Assembly: GCA_018649885.1 (NCBI GenBank)
Contig: JABIHA010000006.1
Coordinates: 1 to 59,919 of the forward strand
Source of the DNA: Bacteriovoracaceae bacterium
GTDB taxonomy: Bacteria > Bdellovibrionota > Bacteriovoracia > Bacteriovoracales > Bacteriovoracaceae
DNA: 59,919 bases
Reading direction: 5' to 3'
Below the pieces are notes generated by a model. It was not told where the DNA came from, did no database searches, and saw only the letters and a program-made list of their open reading frames with translations. This document shows, in pieces, positions 10,399-20,222 of the stretch. Every line of letters begins with the position of its first letter. Within the stretch, counting starts at the first letter, position 1. A program made the position numbers and the translations under genes.

Positions 10399-10563
10399 GT
10401 GGATGCCCCTTATCTCTTTATAAAATAGGGGAGCATTGTAATCGGTTTACTGTAAAGGTGACAATAAAACCATGGTGATTGCTGCGTAGCTCAGCAAACA
10501 AGGGCCTTACAAACCACCTCCGGAGATCATAATATCCAAAAGGATGAAAATAATAAGGAGATA

Positions 10564-11142
10564 ATGATGCAAACCAGAAAAATTATGTACACACTTTTAC
10601 TGACTATGGGGATTGCCACCTCTTGCCTAGCGAAGAAGGCCGAGGCCACTAAAGTGATGTTAAAAACCAATTACGGCAATATAGAAATAGAGCTCTACCC
10701 AAAAAAAGCTCCACAAACTGTTAAGAACTTTCTTCGATACGTGAAAGAAAATAAATACAACGGAACAATATTTCACAGAGTGATTGATGGCTTTATGATT
10801 CAAGGTGGTGGACTAACTCCCGACATGAAAAAAGTAAGCGCTCACAGGCCCATTAAAAATGAAGCTGACAATGGGTTAAAGAATGAAGCTGGAACAATCG
10901 CCATGGCCCGAACTGGCACAGTCGATAGTGCAACCAATCAATTTTTTATCAACGTTAATGACAATGATTTTCTCAATCACAAATCAAAAGACCCTAAGGG
11001 TTTTGGCTACGCCGTCTTTGGAAAAGTCACCAAAGGCATGCCTATTATTAATAAAATCAAAATGATTAAAACTGCTGTCAAAAATGGAAGACGTGACGTT
11101 CCGACTCAAGATGTGATCATTCAATCTGCCAGAAAACTTTAA
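10564..11142 (+). CDS. ppiA: Cyclophilin-type peptidyl-prolyl cis-trans isomerase, exported (PpiA-like)
   Basis: Signal peptide; FHRVIDGFMIQGGG, IAMART, QFFIN, GYAVFGKV. Confidence 0.93.
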   Translation: MMQTRKIMYTLLLTMGIATSCLAKKAEATKVMLKTNYGNIEIELYPKKAPQTVKNFLRYVKENKYNGTIFHRVIDGFMIQGGGLTPDMKKVSAHRPIKNEADNGLKNEAGTIAMARTGTVDSATNQFFINVNDNDFLNHKSKDPKGFGYAVFGKVTKGMPIINKIKMIKTAVKNGRRDVPTQDVIIQSARKL

Positions 11143-11184
11143 TTTCAAAACTATTTGGTTGTAGGCCAATTCCGTATTGGCCTA

Positions 11185-12522
11185 CTAATTTCTGAAATCC
11201 TCAATAACATCTACTACTGTTCTAAACATTCCTTTAGGATATTTCTTGTGAAATTTTTTGAGGATGTTTTTCTTATCAAAAAACTCAGGTTCAACAGAAA
11301 GAAGAACCTCTGCATACTCTTCAGCTATTTTAAAAACAATGGCGAGAGGAGAAAGTGAGCTATTATTGGTAGTCGCAAATCCCATACCATTGAGTTGACC
11401 GTGATGTTGCAAAATAATACTGGCAGCTGAATAAGGGGCCTTTGGGTATTCCCTTATTAATTCTGCAGCATCATAAGCGTGCTTATTGATTTTATTTTCT
11501 TCTGCCTTTGGAAGTCTAAGCTCGCTTAGCTCTCTTCTAGTACTAACTTTGGCATATCTATCTTCCGTCAGGGTAATATCGTGAAAAAGAGCAATAAAAG
11601 AAATGGTCTTTTGCTGATCTTCATTGCCCCAGTCTAATCTCGACAAAATAGCGACACCAACAGCTGCTGTCATCATTGAGTGTTTAAATAGATAGCTATC
11701 ACCATTTTCTTGAAGTGTTTTCAAAAGATCCGTTAGAGTATTCCCGCTATCTATAACTTTAGACATAGAGCTAACAGTGGCATCGGCAAGCTTAATAGTA
11801 TCTTGATCTAGCCCCCCCATGGACAACATATTGCTGACAGTGGAAAGTCCAATTTCAGTGACTTTTGTACGTTCTGGAGTCTTGATACTATCATCACTCA
11901 AAATACTTAGCACTTGTTTTGAGAATTGATTAATAAATTTCAAACGCATTTCTTTGTGCACATATATATGTTTGACACCCTTACTGTGGAGCTCATCAAT
12001 TAAAATCGAGGGAAACTCTTCTCCACCTTCAATAATAATCATGAATTCATTACTCTTGGTTATTTGATAAACATCACAAGCACATTTTTCGACTTTTATA
12101 TTTAAAAGATTTTCAACTAAAATGGGATAGAACTTTTTGAGTTTCTTATTTTTTGCCGCCATATCCTTGGATGTAATTTTAAGAAGTCTTCCGGCCTCTC
12201 TAATGGCATCCTTCCATTTTTCAGGAGAGATGGTATTAACTCCCTCAACAATAACAGAATTCATAAGAATATAGGGAATAGGAAATTCACCTTCATGAAG
12301 GTAGTCTAAAATGACCTTCGAAGTATTTTCTCCTTCATTAAACTTATTACTAATAATCAACGCAACACCATCAAGGTGCTTGCTATGATAGGTAATTAAT
12401 TCTTGTGCACTTTCCAAGCAAACAACTTCTAGGCCCAGGTACACATCTAAATTCATAGAAAGTAGCTTTCTTAGTTCAACATCTCTTTCTATTAAAATGA
12501 TTCTATCCATTCTTTTTTCCAA
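11185..12522 (-). CDS. HD-GYP-like protein with degenerate N-terminal receiver-like domain
   Basis: HSMM, ALFHDI, QHHGQLNGMGF (degenerate HHExxDGxGYP); N-terminal ILIERD receiver-like fold. Confidence 0.75.
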   Translation of the reverse strand: MEKRMDRIILIERDVELRKLLSMNLDVYLGLEVVCLESAQELITYHSKHLDGVALIISNKFNEGENTSKVILDYLHEGEFPIPYILMNSVIVEGVNTISPEKWKDAIREAGRLLKITSKDMAAKNKKLKKFYPILVENLLNIKVEKCACDVYQITKSNEFMIIIEGGEEFPSILIDELHSKGVKHIYVHKEMRLKFINQFSKQVLSILSDDSIKTPERTKVTEIGLSTVSNMLSMGGLDQDTIKLADATVSSMSKVIDSGNTLTDLLKTLQENGDSYLFKHSMMTAAVGVAILSRLDWGNEDQQKTISFIALFHDITLTEDRYAKVSTRRELSELRLPKAEENKINKHAYDAAELIREYPKAPYSAASIILQHHGQLNGMGFATTNNSSLSPLAIVFKIAEEYAEVLLSVEPEFFDKKNILKKFHKKYPKGMFRTVVDVIEDFRN

Positions 12523-12910
12523 ATATTATATCATCAGATTTTTTGTTCATCTTCCTTTTTATAGTAATGATCTCATTAATTGCATGAGGAATATCCACAC
12601 ATATTTCCTCATTTCTAAGCCCTCCTGCTCTCATTAACATTTCTTTCCATTCTTTCGAAACCCCACATACTTTTAAAACACCCTTGTCTCTTAGGCCTGA
12701 CTGGCATTGGATTAAAAGTGGAACTAAAAATGGGTCAATATATCTTACATCTCTAAAACTCAAGATTGTATACAGTGCCCTTACTTTGGGAATCTCTTCT
12801 AAAATTTCTAGTAGAAACCTCTCAAAGTTACGCTTCAGGTCCCCTCTCAGAACACAGACTGCGTAGTGACCCTTGTTTGACCAAAAATATCCTGCTTCAT
12901 TACTATTCAA
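12503..12910 (-). CDS. STAS-domain (anti-sigma antagonist-like) protein
   Basis: LRGDL...ILSFRDVRYIDP...LKVCGV pattern of STAS domains; overlaps the HD-GYP gene start. Confidence 0.65.
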   Translation of the reverse strand: MNSNEAGYFWSNKGHYAVCVLRGDLKRNFERFLLEILEEIPKVRALYTILSFRDVRYIDPFLVPLLIQCQSGLRDKGVLKVCGVSKEWKEMLMRAGGLRNEEICVDIPHAINEIITIKRKMNKKSDDIIFGKKNG

Positions 12911-12955
12911 CGAATTGATTCCCTATATTATCTCATTATCCAAGGATAGAGTATG

Positions 12956-14302
12956 CTAATAAGCGTTAATCTCCGAAGCCGCTTTAAATAAATTGAGCTT
13001 GCCACCACTTTGAGTCTTTCCATCAAGTGATGAATTAAAATCAACAGAATTTAAAAGTATCGCTTTAAGAACCCTAACAGCTTCAGCCGGCCTACTTAGA
13101 TACAACTCATTAAATCTCGTTGAGGCCACTGAATGCAAAAAGGCAATAGCGCCAGCAACATGTGGAGTCGCCATGGAAGTACCTGTAAGGGTTCCAACCT
13201 TGCCTTCTGGGACAGTAGATACAATTTCTGTTCCAGGAGCACCAAGGTCTATGCTATTTGCACCAAATCCTGCATACTCATAAATTTTATTTTCTGAATT
13301 AGTATTTGTTACCGTTACCAAAAAATCTGATGAACAGCCTGTTGGGACATCACCATTTTCATCAACATTGACACTGTCATTTATTGTTGCTGCTGCTGAG
13401 AGGATTCCCATACTCCCCATTTGATTATAGAGATCATTCCACACTGGAAAATCATCACTTTCACAATTTCCATAATCAACACCAAAACTTGAATTAGTGG
13501 CAACAACGTTGGCACCTTTGAGACCAGAGGATTCCATCCAAATTTTCTTTTGCTTCATCACATAACCGTAGGCCTTGACAATTGTGGAGGTCAGCCTAGA
13601 TGAACCGGCGACACTCATGATTTTCACATCCCAGTTAACCCCACTGACAAGTTTTTTATTATTTCCAACAGCCCCAATAATCCCCGCCACATGAGTGCCA
13701 TGACGAGCAACTGGAATTTTTCCATTGTCCTCATATGCATTCCATCCGTTGAGATCATCTACGTAACCATTTTGATCATCGTCTACTCCATTTCCACCAA
13801 TTTCAGCTTCATTGACCCAAATATTTCTCTCTAGATCACTGTGGCCCAAATCAACTCCACCATCAACAACGGCCACTACAATTTGATTACCAGAAGAGTC
13901 AACACCACCGGTTCCAAGCTCCCAGGCCTGATTAGCATTTATATCAGCTTGTGCCTTCCCAGTATTAAGTGACCACTGGGTTTTAAATTCTTTGTCGTTG
14001 GGTGACTTTCTTTGCTTTACGTAGTGATCATATTGAGCGTACTCAATTTGTGGATTGTTACGAAGCTGACTAAGAGTGCGAGCATTAGATAGTGTATTCA
14101 TCCCCTTCACCAAGTATATTCCATGCTCTTTATTTAAAACTTCTTCAACAGAAATATGGGAAGAAAAGATCGAATTAATAGCGTCCCCATCTCCCTTTAG
14201 CTTAACAATGAAAGATCCATTGTGAGGGTGAATTTTATCTAATGAATGAGCAGAAAAGGCCAAACAAAGGCCTACCAAAGAAAAAAGTATTCTCATCACC
14301 AA
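12956..14302 (-). CDS. Secreted subtilisin-like serine protease (S8)
   Basis: Signal peptide and prodomain; intact triad VAVVDGG, HGTHVAG, GTSMATPHVAG. Confidence 0.96.
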   Translation of the reverse strand: MVMRILFSLVGLCLAFSAHSLDKIHPHNGSFIVKLKGDGDAINSIFSSHISVEEVLNKEHGIYLVKGMNTLSNARTLSQLRNNPQIEYAQYDHYVKQRKSPNDKEFKTQWSLNTGKAQADINANQAWELGTGGVDSSGNQIVVAVVDGGVDLGHSDLERNIWVNEAEIGGNGVDDDQNGYVDDLNGWNAYEDNGKIPVARHGTHVAGIIGAVGNNKKLVSGVNWDVKIMSVAGSSRLTSTIVKAYGYVMKQKKIWMESSGLKGANVVATNSSFGVDYGNCESDDFPVWNDLYNQMGSMGILSAAATINDSVNVDENGDVPTGCSSDFLVTVTNTNSENKIYEYAGFGANSIDLGAPGTEIVSTVPEGKVGTLTGTSMATPHVAGAIAFLHSVASTRFNELYLSRPAEAVRVLKAILLNSVDFNSSLDGKTQSGGKLNLFKAASEINAY

Positions 14303-14512
14303 CTCTCCTTGCAGGTATGACTATTAATTAATTTTTTGTCTGCCTAAGTTTTCGGGTAAATACACTGCTGCAAGCAAGTATTGAATTTTGTCTCCGGGGC
14401 AGCGGAAAAAATTTCCTAAATAAAATTTAAGAGTGTTTAAAGTTTGGTCGGTTTGGGTCTCTATCTCATAAATTGTTAGCGACAAAAGAAGTCGACAATT
14501 ATCAATATAACA

Positions 14513-14902
14513 TCTTAGTAGGAAGGGGATTTTGATAGTCTGTGTTTTTTTGTTTTCTTTGAGTTTTCTTAAGAGGTTTGACTTGTCGATGGAGTGGGTT
14601 TGCACGCCCAAGGAAATTTCGTGAGATTTAGTAAGTATGGTGGTGGGGGCTTCTATCAAGGCGGAGATTTTTAAAAAGCATGATCTTTTATTGATATTTC
14701 GCTCGGATTTAGGTTTATTTCCAGTGGTAGTAAATGCTTCTATGGTAAGGGGCGCATGTAGCTTTGGTGGTATTAATAGGCCTTGATCAGAGTTCGGTGT
14801 TTTATGGGTGGTATTCGCGAGGCCGCACCTTACGGTTTGCTTCTCTTAGTGTGTTCCACTCCGCTTCAAAACTACCCACTGGGTAGTTCCGCCGCAGGCG
14901 GT
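14513..14902 (-). repeat. Left copy of a ~390-bp imperfect inverted repeat flanking the HNH gene
   Basis: Its reverse complement aligns along its length with 16013-16421, e.g. GCGAATACCACCCATAAAACACCGAACTCT, ATCAAGGCCTATTAATACCACCAAA, AAATTTCCTTGGGCGTGCAAACCC. Outer boundary approximate. Confidence 0.92.
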
Positions 14903-14975
14903 TTTGTGGATGGGGGTTTTTAGGTGCAGCTCGGTCCTGAAGAGCAAGTCATAAGAAAAAACTGTGAGAGTTTAG

Positions 14976-15851
14976 CTAACTCTCGCTCTGATTTATATAG
15001 AGATCCATTTTCTGTTGCGAGAGAGTCACTATGGCGGCCCTAGCATTGCAATTTGAGCATAACTGGCGCAGGTTCCCAATCGCCGATGCTCCCCCCATAC
15101 TATGAGGGGTAACATGATCAAAGTGCAGGTTGTATTTTGAGCCACAGTTTTCACACTTATTACCTGATCTTGTTATCACTGTTTTTTTGATAGCAGCTGA
15201 GATGGTTCTTGAGTTTATGATAGGTTTTGATTTTCTAGACCCAAGCGCTTTGATCTTTTTTCTAATAGTGGCTGCCGCCTCTGTGATGGCGTATCCGATG
15301 ATATCTTCTGTACTGTAAAGACCCTTATTTGAAAGCTACTCTTTAATAAATTCATAATCCTTTGCCATTTGCCCCACTAAGGTGAGGTGGATGCGAAGGC
15401 TTCCATCTGAATGCGCTCGGGTTTTAGATCTGGTGGCACGCTTTTTACCTGTTAGCTTCTCCACAAGCTCTCTTGTTTGGGTTTGAGTTTTCCCCACAAT
15501 GCTATCCAGTATCTCATTTTTCTTTTTGTTACTTTTAATACCATCCACTAAATTTGACACTTCTGCTAGGTTTGTCAGCGTTACCTGTTTCTTTGCTAGT
15601 GCTTTATCAGCATTTGGTACAAGTCTTAGAGTTTTTGCTGCTAAAATTCTTCTGCTGGTCTCACTGTCACTTTTATTAAAATTTTTGCGGATATATTTAA
15701 AGAGCGAGCCCGTCTTGTCATCACAAAAAAGTCTTCGTCTATTCACCTCATTAATATGTCTCAAAAACTGGCGAGTACAATACTCTTCTTTCTCATTCCA
15801 CATTTTAGTGTCAGCAATTAGTCTTTCATCTGATAAATTTTGTAGTGACAA
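14976..15851 (-). pseudogene. HNH endonuclease (Bdellovibrio-type helical N-terminus plus C-terminal HNH) interrupted by one in-frame TAG at 15336-15338
   Basis: ORFs 15336..15851 and 14976..15179 are in the same frame with an open stretch between them (292 codons in total). C-terminal CENC...DHVTPHSMGG...NLRQLCSNCN. TTG start with GAGG RBS. Confidence 0.88.
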
Positions 15852-16012
15852 GGCAACCTCCCAGGTAAAAGTAACATACCATTTTAATCACATTTACTAA
15901 ACAAAAAGATTCAATTTGGCCTCTTTGAAAAACCTCAAACACTAGTGCTGGAACTGATTCCAAGCAACGAAAGATCACCAACCCTCACAAAAGAACTCAA
16001 AGAAAAACAAAC

Positions 16013-16421
16013 ACCGCCTGCGGTGGAACTACCCAATGGGTAGTTTGAATGTAAGTGAAATACACCAAGACAAGCATGCTCCGCCGGAGTAGCCGTGAAG
16101 GCGCGACTTCGCGAATACCACCCATAAAACACCGAACTCTCATCAAGGCCTATTAATACCACCAAAACCACATACGCCCCTTTCCATAAAAGAATTACTA
16201 CCACCAAAAATAAACTGAAGCCCCGAGCGAGACATCAATAAAAGATCACACCTCTTAAAAATCCCCGCCTTGATAGAAGCCTCCCACTACCTCGCTTACT
16301 AAAGCTCATAAAATTTCCTTGGGCGTGCAAACCCGCTCCATCCACAAGTCTAACCTCTCAAGAAAATCCAAGGAAAACAAAATTAGAGAACAAAATATTC
16401 CAAATGCCCCTCCCTAGAGAT
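16013..16421 (+). repeat. Right copy of the ~390-bp imperfect inverted repeat
   Basis: Begins ACCGCCTGCGGTGGAACTACCCAATGGGTAGTT and matches the reverse complement of 14513-14902. Confidence 0.92.
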
Positions 16422-16779
16422 CGCCACCTCTAAGAGAGGCCATTCGATAGATAGCAGGACTTAGGGGATTATTAAGCAGAAAAGGAGTTAAAGAACCTGT
16501 AATCATCACCTTTTGGAGGGATTGGTGCCAATTAGTGTCAGGAGTGTAAATTTACGGCATTGCTGCTAAAGCTTAAAAAGCAAATTTTTGGAGTTATTTA
16601 ATGAAAAAGTCTTATCGATGTGCTAAAAACGGCTTAATTCCTGACGAGATTTTTAAGCATGTAGGTGTGTACATATTTTTTAAAATCAATTCACTACCTA
16701 CTTCAGATTATTGAATAGACTTACTGGGTTCGACAAGTTGTAGAACTTAGGTAGTTTTGATTCGTTAAGAGAAAAATAA

Positions 16780-17289
16780 ATGAGGTTGAGATTTATGATA
16801 AAAATACGAAAAATGTGCATTGAAGACGCCCAGGGAATTATTAATATTTTGAATCCAATTATTGAAAGAGGGTATTCAACTGTTTTCGATGCACCATTTT
16901 CATTGGGAGAAGAAAGAGCATTTTTAAAAAGTTTTCCTGACCGAGGAGTTTTTAATATTGCTGAAAATCAAAATGGGCATATTCTAGGATTTCAAGTTTT
17001 AGAATCATTTGTTACGTTTGCTCGATCAATGGACCATGTTGCATGTATTGGTACATATGTTGATATTAATTCTCATGGCAAAGGGGTTGGAAAATTGTTA
17101 TCTCAAAATACATTTAACGAGGCACGAGCAATAGGTTTTGAAAAAATATTTTCATACGTTCTTGAAGCTAATAAAATGGCACTTTCGTTTTATACATCTT
17201 TGGGGTTTGAGGTCGTGGGCAAAGCTAAGCAACAAGTAAAACTTAAAAATGAATATTTGGATGAACTTCTCATTGAAAAATTCCTCTAG
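16780..17289 (+). CDS. GNAT family N-acetyltransferase
   Basis: YVDINSHGKGVGKLL (motif A), N..AL.FY.SLGF; AT-rich. Confidence 0.9.
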   Translation: MRLRFMIKIRKMCIEDAQGIINILNPIIERGYSTVFDAPFSLGEERAFLKSFPDRGVFNIAENQNGHILGFQVLESFVTFARSMDHVACIGTYVDINSHGKGVGKLLSQNTFNEARAIGFEKIFSYVLEANKMALSFYTSLGFEVVGKAKQQVKLKNEYLDELLIEKFL

Positions 17290-17633
17290 AAAAAGATGAT
17301 GAGCACTCTACTCCCATCCACTTGGAATAGAAACCTCTGTATAAAATAAACTGCAATTCTGATTAAATATTAGGTATGTAGGTAGTGGCATAGCTTGTCG
17401 GTTATAGCCTAAGAAATCTCTAATCCCGACATAGTGATAGTCTTTAAAAGAACCAAAAAATAAATCTCTTTAATTAATCTTCAAAGCGAGCACGAGAGAA
17501 CACTCAGAACAAATCTACTGATTTTACTATCTTTGTTTCAAATACTTTAAGTTTTAGAGATGTGGGTAATAGTAGGCTCCACGATATTGGACCAGGAGAG
17601 AATCCTGGCCCAGTAAAATGACGTATGCTTTTA

Positions 17634-20222
17634 CTATTCTACTACTGAATTATCTTCGAGGTCATATAACCAACTATACATCTTTCTTACAAAGATGATG
17701 AAATCTCTGCTAGTTGGTTTTCTTCCCAGTGCCTTTTCAACCATTTTTTCAACCACTGCTGGAAGTTTAAAGTTATAGGGATTGCCCTCAATAGAAACTG
17801 AGCCTTCACCTTGCTTTTCATCTGTAACGTTATTCCATCTGGCCCAGAATGTTTTGTCAGATCTTGAAACTGAACCACAACTACTTTCACTTGGACAAGG
17901 TCTGGGATCGTAGATCTCAACCTGCATTTCTCTAAAGGCCCCTGACATAGTCAAAAAGTCTTTGTTTGCAGATCCTGTAATGAGAGCTGGAATATTCGCT
18001 GCTGTCACATTATTCCCTTTGGCATTAAAGCCATCAATGGAAAGAGATTTAATGTGATACTCCAGGTGAAATTCACTAGAGTGCGGGACCTTCTTCCACT
18101 TAAAGTGAACATTGGCCCTTTTAGCATAAGCACTTACTTCTTTTTGAGCAGTGCTAAAACGATCATAGTTTGCTGGAAGCTTGTATAGTAAGTGATCCAG
18201 ATACATTGTGTTAGGAAATCCACCTAGATCTTCAACTTTTTCTCCTGAGTGCTCTGAAAGAGGCTCAAGCATAATATAGATAGAAACTTCTGGGTGCTTA
18301 TCTGCTTTTTTAATCAACTCAGATACAATTCTTTTTTCAAAAAGAAATTGGTCATTGATGATGATTTGCTTTTTTGCTCTTCTAATAAGTCTAATATTTT
18401 GATCAACTGCACTTTGGATACTTCCATCAAAGTTGTTTTGACCAAGTCTTACTGTAAAGCCATGCTCTTCAATGGGGGCCTTAACATCTTCAATATCAAC
18501 AGTGGAGGCCACCGATTTTGAAGAAGCGTCCCACTTTCTTTTTAGAACATCAAAGCTTGATAGAATTATCTCAATCTCCTGAGATGATTTTGGTTTGTTA
18601 ATACTATCTCCAGCTCTTAGTGCGTACCACATATCCCAGTAGTATGAATCTTGAACAGCGATTGCGGCCGGACCTTCAATTCTGGCGACTTCATCAAAAG
18701 TCATTCCACCTGAGCTATCAGTCCAGTTTTTTGAGCCCACAAAGGCCGTAGGAGTTGAATCGGCCCAAGCACCAACGCCGTCAATAACCATCACTTTAGA
18801 GTGATCTGACTTGGCCTTGGGGTAGAGTCCCACAGGAGCACCTGTGAATTTTGAAAGTTGGTCGAGAAGTGACTTAGCGTAGTCATCAGGTAATATTTCA
18901 TCAAAGTATTTAGGAAGACCTGTAGGAGATGCCATTACATATGATGAGCCAACAGTTAAATTGGAATTCGTTTTAGCAACACTCGCCAGGTATTCAAAAA
19001 TCGGTCTCATCTCTTTAAAGTGAGCAAAGTAATTTGTATTATCTTTTAAAAGTAGAACCTTCACGCCCTCTTTTGCTTTCTCTTCCAGAATTTTGGCAAC
19101 ACTTGTTCCCATTGTTCCACCCATAAAGAAGATATCCACAAAGATTGTATGTTTGGCCTCTTTCATCGCCTTAATCATTTGAGCAAAAATCGAATCTTTT
19201 TCACTGAAAATATCTTGAGGTGCTTGAAGCAAGATATTATCATTAGCAGATCCAAAACTTGCAGGATTGTAGATATCAAAGATATCGCCAATAGGATTTT
19301 TCTCACCCTCATACATTTTCTCAAGCTCTCTTAGAATTTGAGGATCATGTCTATTTTCATTTAAAATGGAAACTTTGTTTCCTGGAATGAAACCAGCTGG
19401 TGACATTAAATGGTTAACTTCTTCCCCACCCAGTAAATCAGTAATGGACTTACCATTCATCTGAATCATCACAGTAGTTGCCACAAAACACTTTTTAACT
19501 TTAGCAATATCTGAAGGTGACTGGTACTGGTGAACACATTTAGAAAACCTTGTTCTTCTCTTTGAACCACTGTGAGTAGGAAGCTCAATCAGGCAATTTC
19601 TAATGTCACTGGCACTACTGTTTTGTTTTCTACATTTTAAAAGCTCAGACCCTTCAATATCTATTAGTCCGGCTGCAAGAGTTAGCCTATTCTTTGCTCC
19701 CCCATTTTCTTTCAAAGTATTTGTAAGGGACGGGTCACCTAAGAGTTCTTGTGCATAAAGTGCCCAAGAAACGATATAGATTTGAAGCAGGTTTTCAGCC
19801 TTTTTGAGCTGCTTTGTTTCTAAGAAATAAGCAAGATTTTTTCTCACTTTTTCTGATGGAATAAATGATTTTGCAAGAGATTCCATCTCACGTCTTAAAC
19901 TAAGAATTCGTGCTTGTTTTGCACGCAAATTCCCAACTCTTGCCCACTTCTTCACTTGAGCTTTTTTAGCTCTCGAAACATCATCGCGATCAAATTCACC
20001 TAAGGCCTCATCAATAAACAAATCATTGACTGGCATCCACCACTTGGCGAGATCTTGTTGGAAATTCTTATCAAAAAGAAGACGCCTTACATCGGCATCG
20101 ATTCCATTGAAAGCAAGCTCTTTATAAATGAGCTTAGATATTAATTTTTCTTTAGTAATATTGTTTTTTGAAAAAACTGAAGTACTTAAAACAATAAGTG
20201 TAAGTGCGATTAACTTTTTCAT
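17634..20222 (-). CDS. Secreted phospholipase D superfamily protein
   Basis: Signal peptide; two HKD motifs, HSKVMVID...GSKN and HIKSLSID...GSAN. Confidence 0.88.
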   Translation of the reverse strand: MKKLIALTLIVLSTSVFSKNNITKEKLISKLIYKELAFNGIDADVRRLLFDKNFQQDLAKWWMPVNDLFIDEALGEFDRDDVSRAKKAQVKKWARVGNLRAKQARILSLRREMESLAKSFIPSEKVRKNLAYFLETKQLKKAENLLQIYIVSWALYAQELLGDPSLTNTLKENGGAKNRLTLAAGLIDIEGSELLKCRKQNSSASDIRNCLIELPTHSGSKRRTRFSKCVHQYQSPSDIAKVKKCFVATTVMIQMNGKSITDLLGGEEVNHLMSPAGFIPGNKVSILNENRHDPQILRELEKMYEGEKNPIGDIFDIYNPASFGSANDNILLQAPQDIFSEKDSIFAQMIKAMKEAKHTIFVDIFFMGGTMGTSVAKILEEKAKEGVKVLLLKDNTNYFAHFKEMRPIFEYLASVAKTNSNLTVGSSYVMASPTGLPKYFDEILPDDYAKSLLDQLSKFTGAPVGLYPKAKSDHSKVMVIDGVGAWADSTPTAFVGSKNWTDSSGGMTFDEVARIEGPAAIAVQDSYYWDMWYALRAGDSINKPKSSQEIEIILSSFDVLKRKWDASSKSVASTVDIEDVKAPIEEHGFTVRLGQNNFDGSIQSAVDQNIRLIRRAKKQIIINDQFLFEKRIVSELIKKADKHPEVSIYIMLEPLSEHSGEKVEDLGGFPNTMYLDHLLYKLPANYDRFSTAQKEVSAYAKRANVHFKWKKVPHSSEFHLEYHIKSLSIDGFNAKGNNVTAANIPALITGSANKDFLTMSGAFREMQVEIYDPRPCPSESSCGSVSRSDKTFWARWNNVTDEKQGEGSVSIEGNPYNFKLPAVVEKMVEKALGRKPTSRDFIIFVRKMYSWLYDLEDNSVVE

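Noticed and set aside
10400..10560. Purine/xanthine riboswitch upstream of the permease
   Set aside because: No recognisable aptamer core; only a short TTTACTGTAAA palindrome and weak stems.
14324..14659. 111-aa ORF, and the 90-aa ORF at 15935..16207
   Set aside because: They overlap the inverted repeats, and the reading frames are not preserved between the two copies (indels).
15336..15338. Pyrrolysine or alternative-code readthrough of TAG
   Set aside because: TAG terminates many ordinary genes in this window and no pyl genes are seen.
14976..15851. IscB/Cas9-like RNA-guided nuclease
   Set aside because: Only ~291 aa, with no RuvC motifs or PLMP N-terminus recognisable.
16720..16745. GGGTTCGAC resembling a tRNA T-loop
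   Set aside because: No cloverleaf or acceptor stem can be formed around it.
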